From Macrostomum lignano (taxonomy: Eukaryota): a DNA stretch of 17,976 nucleotides. This document shows positions 8,506 through 17,832 of the stretch, one piece after another (position 1 is the first letter of the stretch; the number at the start of each line of letters is the position of its first letter). The notes under the pieces were generated by a model. The model was not told the DNA's origin. It made no database searches and worked only from the letters and a program-made list of their open reading frames with translations. A program made the translations under genes and the position numbers. Where the stretch lies: positions 1-17,976 of the forward strand of contig NIVC01004083.1 in the NCBI GenBank assembly GCA_002269645.1, in the 5' to 3' direction.

Positions 8506-9972
8506 TGGTCCTACCTATCCACCCCCTGGCACAAGCAATGATATATTTTAGCCCCTTTTTCTAGTTTTTGTATGCTTTTTTCTGGTTATTTTTGTTTTTC
8601 CTGTGCTTTTCTGCAGAATTTTTCTCTCACCATGTTCTGGACCTTGGTGTCCTTGCCCTATCCCATTCCTGGTCTTCTTTGACCACCTTTTGCTCTGTGT
8701 TTCAGGTATTTAACCCCACCTTCCTTGTGCCTATCCCCCCCTTAAACCCTTTCCCTATTTCCTTTTCTTCCCAACTGACCTCTACTCAAAATCAACTTAA
8801 TTCTTATTAATTCTTGCTAACTGAACATTAATTTAGTTTAAGAGCCCTGCACTGTGGCACCCCCAAATCATTCATTTGTTAAGTTGATTCTCTTGTGTAT
8901 AATAATTTTGTTGATAATAAACAAGTGTTAAGTTGTTTCTTAGTGTTTTACTAGATTAGGAGCCATAGTTTATCTTAAGTCATTTGCCAATAGAGCGTAA
9001 AATAACGTAGTCTTAACTTGAAGAAAGCTCTGAGACTTTTAACGTTCCATAAATATGTAAATTATGGTGGTGGCAATGCTACTCTACTGAAAGTAATCAG
9101 TCAAGCATTTAAGGTACATTAATTTTGGTCTAAGGACCTACTCTGAATGCTCGCGTCTAACAAAGACTGCTTATCTACGACCAAAACTACCCTCTCCCTG
9201 GAATTGAAAAAGACCCTAGCAGCCAGAATATCAAGAGAAATTTTATTGAGAATGAGATTTATCAGTGCAATTATTTAGATTTAATTTATGCAAACTCAAC
9301 ATCAGTGGCAATTCAAAATTACACTGCCCCACATTTGGTGTCAGTTAACATCAAGCCAAGTTAAAATTCTTATTTTCATTTCTTCGTCCCCACCTTAATA
9401 AAATAAGGCCTAGTCTTGGTGGCAGCTACTAGCATTAGGAAATTAATAGAGTAGAGAGAAGTAAAGCCCTATTACAACTTTGGTGGCATTTTGTGAGATT
9501 TAATTAAAGACAGAGGAAGACCCCTATATCATTTATAAAGTGATATTATCAAAACTTGAGATTTAAAAAAATTCTTAGTAGACCCCATAATAGGCCCTAA
9601 TATAAATTAGATCATTATAAGGCCTACTATACTAGGCCTACTATAACTAGGAACTAAAATTTAGAATAGCAAAACTATTGTATTGACCAAATAACAAAAC
9701 CATGATAAGCATTTGTTTGGTTACAATACTACATTGCAAATTAAAAATAAAAGGATTAACCCCTCTTTGTTATCATCAGGCCTATGCAATGATTCTTCAT
9801 TGTAGTTATAATAATTACCTACTCTGGCTTTTCTGGCTTTACTGAATAACAAAAACCTACCTTTTTACTAAAGAAATATCGATAGGCCTAGGATCTACGC
9901 CTAGGCTCTATGTCTAATGAATAGTATAATAGCTATAACTTAAACTTTAGGGCCCTAGTTTAGTCGATGCTT

Positions 9973-10046
9973 TGTTACTGAATTGTCCATAATGTTACCG
10001 AATCGTCTGTTACCGAATTGTCTGTTACCGAACTGTCCTGCTACCC
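9973..10046. repeat. Four copies of 15-mer TGTTACCGAATTGTC ending in CTGCTACCC; likely subterminal array of a DNA transposon end
   Basis: Copies at 9973, 9993, 10008 and 10023. Confidence 0.75.
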
Positions 10047-10106
10047 ACAAGACGACAAGTGAAAAAATCTCTAAATTTAGTGTCTTAGTCTAAATTTAGT
10101 TTCAGT

Positions 10107-10180
10107 CCATTTCGGCGAAAGCCCACTTCGGCGAAGGCCACTTCGGCGAAAGACCATTTCGGATAATCCACTTCGGCGAA
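10107..10180. repeat. Five copies of CCA(T/C)TTCGGCGAA at 14-16 bp spacing; likely subterminal array of a DNA transposon end
   Basis: Copies at 10107, 10123, 10138, 10154 (variant) and 10168; core TTCG-G-CGAA is palindromic. Confidence 0.8.
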
Positions 10181-10697
10181 CGATGTAATATAATATATTT
10201 AACTTTAAATATTTTAATTATAATAGTACTTAATTACTACAACTAAAAATTTAGTACTAAAATTGTAAATTTTTTATCGCCTTTTGTTGTACTTTCTTAA
10301 CACAGTAGTCAGTCCGCTCTTATGTTCAAAATTTTGTTCCAAGTAAAAAAAGCCTAAGAAAATGCTAGGTGCATATAAATTGCAATTTCAATGACCAGCT
10401 GTTTCCGAAATTGTGGACATTTTACAGTAACACCGTATTACACGAATCATTCAATTTTATTTTAAGCAAGCATACTTGATTTCTCAGAATGGTATGTATT
10501 GATTTGATGTGATTGCATTATTGTATCGACTTGACTTGACTTGGAAATTGCAACTTGAACATTGGGCAATTGTCAAGTTTCGTTTGTTAAATTATTTCAA
10601 CTCCAGAAAAGTTTTCTACAAACTTTCAAGTACAATTAAATACTTTTAAGAGACTTAAGCCTAATTAAACACTTATTCTATGCTTCAAAACGTGTTA

Positions 10698-10735
10698 TAA
10701 TGCATCTGACACCGGAAAGCTGCAATAGTCTATGG
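10698..10735 (-). mobile_element. End of a small CCATAGACTA-terminated element, inverted copy of 12146-12179
   Basis: 10698-10731 matches the reverse complement of 12146-12179 at 32/34 nt and runs into TAGTCTATGG (10726-10735). Confidence 0.6.
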
Positions 10736-11035
10736 CCAGAACGTTTGAACATTTTTCGACTTGAAAAAAGGTCTATGGTCTAGTCTAAACATCAATGATA
10801 TTTAAAAAGTTGACAAATAACAAATAACTAAAAGTAAATTTCTAAATATATAGATATGTCTATGCTTCCTAGGGCCGAAACGGCACAAATACGAGGGCTG
10901 CATATTTCTATTGTATCATATACTTCGCGGGCCGCATCACTTCATTTCGGCCCGCTCCTAGATGCAGGGCTAAGCAAAGTATATGCAGTTTTTCGATATA
11001 CCATCTTTATCATAGACTATAATCCCGGGCCGAAT

Positions 11036-11073
11036 CGTTGTTTCTGCCCGCAGCCGTTGTTTCTGCCCGCAGC
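11036..11073. repeat. Perfect 19-bp tandem duplication CGTTGTTTCTGCCCGCAGC
   Basis: Copies at 11036-11054 and 11055-11073. Confidence 0.9.
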
Positions 11074-11283
11074 GTGGCTGAGTGCAAAAACTGGGGTGGG
11101 GACTTCGCCCCCACATTTTAACCATAGATAAAATCAACCAGAGTCTGACTGTTAAGTGATATAGTGGTTATTGTGGATATAGTGGATATATGATATAGTG
11201 GATATCAGAATTCTTTTCATTCTGAATTTGAATTCGTTTTTTCAACCTGCTGAGCTAGAGAAAAATGATCAATTTTTCAAGAA

Positions 11284-11651
11284 TTGCGACTGGAGATATC
11301 TAGACTCCGGATTTGACACTCTATGGATGAAATCAAGGCTGTAACAGGTCAGTGTTCAGTTGTTTTTGAAGTGTGCTAAGTTATAGATTATAGCATCACT
11401 CTAAGAGACCGATTTTTTGTAGGTCATCGCCGCGATGAATCCGTCAATCGATACACCAAGCGCATCTCTGAGAAGAGAAAGATCCAGGTTTCTCGCAGTC
11501 CCACGGAAGCATTGCACTCAGAGTCGAAGATTTCGAAGGTGCATGGTTTCAAATGGAGCACCGCCAGACGGAGTACAATGAGCCTGGCCCGTCGCGCAAC
11601 CCAATAGCTATTCTGGAGATTGATGGAGCTAAAATTAGCTTCTTCTTGTAA
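11284..11651 (+). pseudogene. Degenerate Crypton-type tyrosine recombinase (DUF3504-like) C-terminal fragment split by a 75-nt intron (11348-11422)
   Basis: ACAG|GTCAGT...CTAAG...tttttgtAG|GTCAT joins to give EIKAVTGHRRDESVNRYTKRISEKRKIQVS. His (11425) and Tyr (11452) are 9 residues apart, as in the tyrosine-recombinase box II motif. Upstream DSGFDT and LR..ISRL lie in shifted frames. Confidence 0.7.
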
Positions 11652-11906
11652 AAGAGGCAAGCGGTGAATGGAAGCAAGATGTGAACCTGTAACGGACAAT
11701 GAATTTTGCTAGCAATGTATGTGACAATTACATTTAATGGTTATTTGTTACAACTTTTAAGTATACGTTAATTACGAGTACATATGTTATACTTGAGCTC
11801 AATCGTTCTGGCAAAAGTTTGGCCATATAGACTAGCCTCACATACGAGTATCTTCATTTCGGCCCGCGATGTGGCCTGCGAAATCTAGACACAATTTAGC
11901 AAGGCT

Positions 11907-12038
11907 ATGCTGCGCGCCATGAATGGGACTTCACAAGCCCTATTTGAAACCTACTTAGAGGAATTGTCGCGTCAACTGAACCCAGTGAAGCCATTTGGGA
12001 ATATCCTATTATGGATTTCCCACTACTATAGCGTGTAG
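11907..12038 (+). pseudogene. Merlin / IS1595 (ISXO2-like) transposase C-terminal fragment
   Basis: Translates to LRAMNGTSQALFETYLEELSRQLNPVKPFGNILLWISHYYSV*. This resembles the Merlin-type tail (LRxMxGTS..L..SYLxEF.W.....PF..IL..IA..YP), recalled from memory; the DDE core is absent. Confidence 0.55.
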
Positions 12039-12145
12039 ATGTAAAGCTTTTGCTGTTTGTTGGCAGTTTGACCATGGACAATAATACTTTTTATTTGTTT
12101 CTGTACGTTAAGGCTCGTTCACTTGTTAACGTTTTAGTTTTGGTC

Positions 12146-12236
12146 AGACTATTGCAGCTTTTCGGTGTCAGATACATTAACTGCCCGCTAATTTCGATAT
12201 TTCTTTCCTGCAAGCGGGCTTAAATGTAGTCTATGG
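12146..12236 (+). mobile_element. About 90-bp miniature element with inverted AGACTA...TAGTCT(ATGG) ends and a subterminal hairpin
   Basis: Starts AGACTATTGCAGC, contains GCCCGCT (12183-12189) and AGCGGGC (12213-12219), ends TAGTCTATGG (12227-12236). Confidence 0.55.
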
Positions 12237-13261
12237 CATTAAAAGACAAGAATAAGTGCCCAGCGGGCACAAGGTCATGGTACTATTGTACTTAAAATAG
12301 TCCGTAGATTACTTTTCTGGAGTCAAAATAAAACATTGCAGTACGTATAATTTCAAACTTACGCTGAGCCTATTTTAACAAGAGATCCATTAGAAGTACA
12401 TCTTCGAAACTTATACTTTCACAAATTATGCACATTTGTAAAATATTGAACGGGTTCATAAAATTTTGGGTTTATGAAATTAATTCTATTGTAGCTGCAG
12501 CTGAGCTGTCGGTTGCATATCTGCCCATCAGGCAAAGCGTAACGTCCAATTGTCATAATTAGTACGACCTTCTGAATTCTGCAATTGTGACGCATGCACA
12601 TGTACATATCCATGTATTGTTGATTCACTTTATACATGTATTTGGCAGAACGGCGTTTCAACTCTGTTTAATGCAACGAATGATTGCTACTAAATGCCAT
12701 TTAATTACGTTTAATTACGAGTCATTATAACTACGCTCGTAACATACGTGTATTTCTATAGTGGTCCTTAACTTATACTGTCATAGTTATACATTATGTA
12801 TTCTATACCTTTTTGGACTGCTAGATCAGCACCTACATGTATAGGCTTGTGTATAGCTACAGGTACAAATGGCGATGACTCAGCAATATACAGTTAACTA
12901 CACCGTAGCTATCCTATAAGTCTCTGCACCCAGCTAATTTATCCGCGTGCATCGACCCTAAATGCATTATTGCCGCTCTTTCAGGCAGGATGAATAATGG
13001 CGCTGATTAATAATTGATTGGAATATACCAGTTGGTGCCCGCGAGGTTAATTAAGCATGAGCGTGTTTATTTTACTAGCTGCTGTGTACGCAAGCATGTC
13101 ATTGTAGAATGGGCGTGTGCAATTTCAAAACATAAATACGCTCGTATATTAACAAATACCATGCAATTTGATGATAATTATATTATTTTGCTATTGTATT
13201 GGTGCGCTAGTGTGCTTTGCGATGGATATAGACGCGAATCATGAGCTACTGGTACCTTACT

Positions 13262-13283
13262 CTACCCTACCCTACCCTACCCT
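13262..13283. repeat. (CTACC)4 microsatellite, possibly a retroelement 3' tail
   Basis: CTACCCTACCCTACCCTACCCT. Confidence 0.7.
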
Positions 13284-13407
13284 CCGGATGTGGCGGAGCT
13301 GTGTCGGAAGGATTTTGAAGTGGGGACGCTCAACTGAATCAGCAGACTGAAGTCCTGCTAATGTGGGTGGGCAAGAGTCCCAAATCCCAATCACTGACCG
13401 CAAGATT

Positions 13408-13660
13408 TTAGCGCCAAGATTTTTGTTCTACTTTTGGTTTCGTAATTATAGGGTTATTAAATTTCACGGAGGTCTTTGACGACTTCGACTTGATGTCGGT
13501 GCATGGGTCCTCAGTAGAGTTGAGCTTTTCTGAGAGACAAAAGGGGCGTCTTGTGTGTGGGCTATATTCTCCTGGTTCCGACATCTGTGGCATGTGGGCA
13601 TTAATGACGAACACAGCGCAGAAGGAACGGTTTTCATACTTATTGAATGTGCTCAAATAA
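13408..13660 (-). CDS. Candidate terminal exon, unidentified
   Basis: gttgtctcAG|T acceptor, open to TAA at 13410-13408 (YLSTFNKYENRSFCAVFVINAH...KSWR*), phase-compatible with the 13795-13728 candidate exon. No recognisable family. Confidence 0.3.
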
Positions 13661-13727
13661 CTGAGACAACAACGCGATCTCGCAAAGTTAAAAAACAATT
13701 GCTGTAAAAAGAGTGCACGCGACTTAC

Positions 13728-13795
13728 AGTATCCTGACTTTGACGAATTGCAGCTCTGGGGGTGATTCTGCTCTGGTCTTACGAGCTACATGTAA
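13728..13795 (-). CDS. Candidate small exon, unidentified
   Basis: ctctcccAG|TTA acceptor, perfect CT|GTAAGT donor, 67-nt intron; encodes LHVARKTRAESPPELQFVKVRI. Confidence 0.3.
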
Positions 13796-14815
13796 CTGGG
13801 AGAGAAATTTACCTTCACTAGTTCGAAACGAACTCTTTCAATCGAATGTAATCTGAGGAAAATATATTAGCACAACCACAACTTTGCTAAAAAATCATGT
13901 GCATGGAAACGTGGATGCAGTAGTCAAATAATAATATTGTAATAAAACCTGACAGACAAAATGCAGCTGTTATGTACAATTAACTGTTTTGCAGCAAAGT
14001 TCAGATTACAAATATAACAAAAAGCTAGAAATATCTTTTGTATCTAATGAATGAGTTTTAGAAGGAATTCGTGCCAGTGCAAATATGGAACGTACAAACC
14101 TACTATACGACTCGTACGCTCGTATTAAACGGGTGTACCAATGTAAAAACGAGTGAGAGAGACTGCTTCTACAGTGGCATCATCAGTGCAGTCGCACAGT
14201 TATAAGCAAGCTAACTCTCTGCTAATGTCTAGAACATAGTCTGCATTGATGCCTCTAATGTGCAGTGCAGGAATAAACTGACCCTATGAAAAATTGGCCC
14301 GAATTTTCACCCTACTCTTCACCCGAAATCGTCAGCACTTTGCGGGTGTAAAAATTGCCGGGCTACTGGCCCGGAATCGTTACGAAAAGTTCGTTTTTCG
14401 GGCGATGCACCCGTGCATGCACCCGCATTTATACCCGAATATTTACGGGCGATTCACCCAGAATTATTTTGCGCCGAAAAATCCGGGCCAGTTAACCGAT
14501 ATTTTGCTTGCAAATCCGGCCCGAAGAGCTGGTCATATTTCCTGCTTTTGGTCTTAGTGATAGTGCACGATATTATAGTAAGTTTTTAGAGGGCATAAAC
14601 TTAATTACGGTGACTGCCACTTTTCATACTGTAATAAAACTTGTATCTAGTTGAATAGGAAGATTTTGCATGTACGAGCTAAATGACCCCCTCCAAGAGA
14701 GCTACATGTATCGAGAAGAAAAATAAGGCAATTCTGGAGGGATTCAATAAGAAATCTAGATCTAGATAGAAATGTTTAAGCTTGGCCACATAATAAGAAA
14801 AAGTGTGAGCGATAG

Positions 14816-14821
14816 TTTATT
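14816..14821 (-). terminator. Candidate poly(A) signal of the element-internal gene
   Basis: AATAAA on the minus strand about 560 nt after the stop at 15378, following a pyrimidine-rich UTR-like stretch. Confidence 0.3.
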
Positions 14822-15377
14822 TAAATATTTAATGTATGCATTCAATACGTTCAGTAAACAAAAGCATTAAAGCATTAAAGTAATAAAAGCAAAGGAGGGT
14901 TAAGAAAAGAATCGAAACAGAAACAAACAAAGTTGTAAAGAAGATAACATGAAGGGGCTTGACGTAGAGAAATTCTGAAGAAAACCATAAAAAGGAGAAA
15001 TAACTAACTATTTATAGGGCATTTGCAGCTAAGAAATAACCAAATATACTAGTACGTTTGCAACTGAAAAGAGGTAGATCTAAGGCACAGAGTGCAAGGA
15101 GAGGGGTGCACACAGAATGCACATGTGAAATAGCTAAGATAGGGAAAGTATTAGCGCGACCACGGAGAAAGGAGAGAAACGATGTGAGGGGGAAATAGCA
15201 ACATTCGGAAGGATAGGAAGAACCGAGATCAGTAATGGGGTCTGGTGCAAATTAAGGTGACTTCGAGATCCCTCCCTCCCAGTCGCAGCCACATTACGAA
15301 GCAATGAAAAAAACAAATCAGTGTAGAACAAAAGCAAATGCGATAGAAATTCATAAGTTCAAAGTTTAGGTATAGAT

Positions 15378-15523
15378 TTATAACTCAGCGAGCGACAGGA
15401 TGCGATACTGCGCTTGATTGAACATGTTAGCAGTGTCACTGGTTGTGAGCCTGGTGCTGGGTGGCGTAACAGCAGATTCTGGCAGCTGAGATGCTGCAGC
15501 ACCAGCTAATCGAAGCAGCGCAC
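15378..15523 (-). CDS. Terminal exon of an unidentified gene inside the CACTA-like element
   Basis: ccccttctactccAG|GT acceptor (phase 1), open to TAA: GALLRLAGAASQLPESAVTPPSTRLTTSDTANMFNQAQYRILSLAEL*. Confidence 0.5.
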
Positions 15524-15607
15524 CTGGAGTAGAAGGGGGCGCAGTTGCAGAAAAGCGTCAATAACGTTTTAAACAACACTACAATACAAAAAAAATGAAA
15601 ACATCAC

Positions 15608-15843
15608 CTGGTTTGGTCTTCGTCGCCTTTCTAGCGACGCTGGTCTTTCTCGGTAGTTGGCCCTCTCGGCATCGGGAGTAGGCACACTGCAGCTCGGATT
15701 TTGTGATTTTACATGACTTTAAAATAGACTGTTTGGGCTGGAGTATGTCGCCTAACACCAGTCCTGTAGTGCACGGCATAATCCCGGCGACGACGCTTAG
15801 CAGTCCAATGTCATCAGACATTAATGGCCAGAGGAAAACTTGG
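15608..15843 (-). CDS. Penultimate exon of the unidentified gene inside the CACTA-like element
   Basis: cccctcAG|C acceptor and CCAG|GTGATG donor (phase 1), 84-nt intron to 15523; lies within ORF 15579-15884. Confidence 0.45.
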
Positions 15844-17832
15844 CTGAGGGGCATGTATACATAGCATAAATGACTTAGGAGCATGGTATGATGATGCTAA
15901 AATTCTGTTTATTGAGCAATAAAATCTAAACCTAAATTAAAAGGCAACAAAATTGATTATTAATAATTTTTCTTTAATTATAATGGTATAAGTACAGTGC
16001 TTGGAATGTTAAATCTGATGGTAAATGTTTATTCTACAAAACATATTCAGATTATTAGATCTAAAACATTCATATAAGAGCAAAAAGAAGGCTTATTTAT
16101 AAGATATAAAGGGCCTTTATCTCTGGGAATATGTTAAATTGCAAAACTTTTTCAAGTTATTAGCTTCCTTGAAAAATGCTCAGTTCTAGGCTTTAGGTTC
16201 CCTTAGAATATAATAAGTTATCAAAATTATATTAAATAAAATACAAAAAGCATACAGATTAAAAAATAATGTGAATACATAGCTTTCTAAAAAGTACTAT
16301 ATAGACTATACAAACTTGAAAAAGCAAAAATTATATTAATGCTACTCAGAGTTTTACGAGCTATATTTGGACTTTATAAATGGTTTTTTAAATTGATTTG
16401 TTACTTATGTTCTAAAACTTTTTACCATTCAGCAAGCTCTCTGTGCTCATATACAATACTATCTTCATTATAGGTGAAATATTAATCAGGATAAGTTTTC
16501 TAAATTATTTTCTATTTTTACTAACTTTAAGAAATAAATAAATAGGCTAATTACTGGACTTAATTAAATTATAATTAACTATGTGACTGCCAATTCCTGA
16601 ACCAGGGCAGGGGCAGGGGGTCAGTCCTTGCTATTGACTCATTTAGTGAAATAATTCACATTGACTATTTTTGAAGTTAAATAAACTTTGTCTGTTAGAT
16701 TATGATAAATTAATACAAAAGTAACAAAACACGCTTCACTAGCTAGCACATAAAATATCGAAGTTCTGAAAACGTGGCGTCTGAAATTTAAATATTTTTC
16801 GAGTAACAAAAACAAACAAAATAGTTTCCTAGCTTTTTTTCACATTGGTCAGCGCAATGAAAGAGTGAAAAGCACAGCAAATACTTAATAAAAATAGATT
16901 TTAGCCTGTGAATAGCTTATTCAGAAACAGGTATTTATAGTAAGCGATTGTAAATAATTTCACTTCCATGTCGCCAGCCGCATCTCAGCCGCGTCAAAAT
17001 TTTAAACGCAGTCCCCAGACGCAGCTCGTGTAAAAAATTAAAGATTAGCATGCAAAAAGATTCCCCAAAAGGGCATGGAAGTAATGATTTCGACACATTA
17101 TTTCCCACCATTTGTGATCGATATATAAACTCCTATAATAGTACTTTTTAAAATAATAAACATACATGTACGGTTGAATCTTGGAACCTGGGCACCTAGC
17201 TTCCTACTCGTTTAGCTATATTGATTTAAACCCATTTTTAATCTGCATCGTCACGTCAAAGTCCCTCAGGACACGCTTTTAGAAAAAAACGGGCTAGAGA
17301 CCCGCACGTCTGGGCCGTTTCTGCTTTCCCCGCTTTCCGGGCGAGAGTCCCGCTTTTTCGCCCGATTTAGTTTCAACCGTTTTGTCGGCGTGCTTTCCGG
17401 GTGAATCGACCGCTTTTTAGTTTTCACCCGCAAATTTAAAGTTCCGGGCCCAATTTCATATGTTTTCGGGCGAAAATTCGGGCCAATTTTTCATAGGGGA
17501 GCAAAAAAAATCCTAGAGGAAAAGTACTGATCGATCGTAATACTCGCACAGTCTGTCTGTTGCTAAAGTCAAACATCAAAAATACTCCGTCATGCAGTAA
17601 TAATTATGCATTCTAATCTGCGAACTACTGTACTTTGTGGAGAAGATGATGGAACAGGCTTACATCTATAGCAAATACAAGCAACTGTACTGCGTGTCTG
17701 CACTAGAACTTGAGGAGCAGTTTAGGCCAAAATTCCGCCAAAGGGCTTTTTGTAGTTCAGGCTCAAGGCAAATTTCGAGCACCAGTCCCGCTTTATAAAT
17801 AAATTTCCAGTTAGGGATTTGCATAGAGAGGC

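Larger units (their letters stand above)
14282..17498. mobile_element. Non-autonomous CACTA/EnSpm (CMC)-like DNA transposon, 3217 bp
   Basis: 31-bp TIRs CCCTATGAAAAATTGGCCCGAATTTTC(A/G)CCC at 14282-14312 and 17468-17498 (30/31 identical). 2-bp TSD GA (14280-14281, 17499-17500). About 250-bp subterminal regions at both ends are packed with CCCG/CGGG motifs. No transposase recognised. Confidence 0.8.

Noticed and set aside
8625-8633. ATG|GTGAGA as a distant first exon of TTC5
   Set aside because: It is 6.3 kb away with another same-strand terminal exon in between; the ATG at 2321-2319 is simpler.
9160-9365. About 65-codon open stretch on the plus strand (RLLIYDQNYPLPG...)
   Set aside because: No start, no convincing splice sites and no recognisable motif; possibly decayed TE coding sequence.
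14294-14557. 87-aa ORF at the left end of the CACTA-like element
   Set aside because: It lies in the CCCG-rich subterminal repeats and has no protein-like features.
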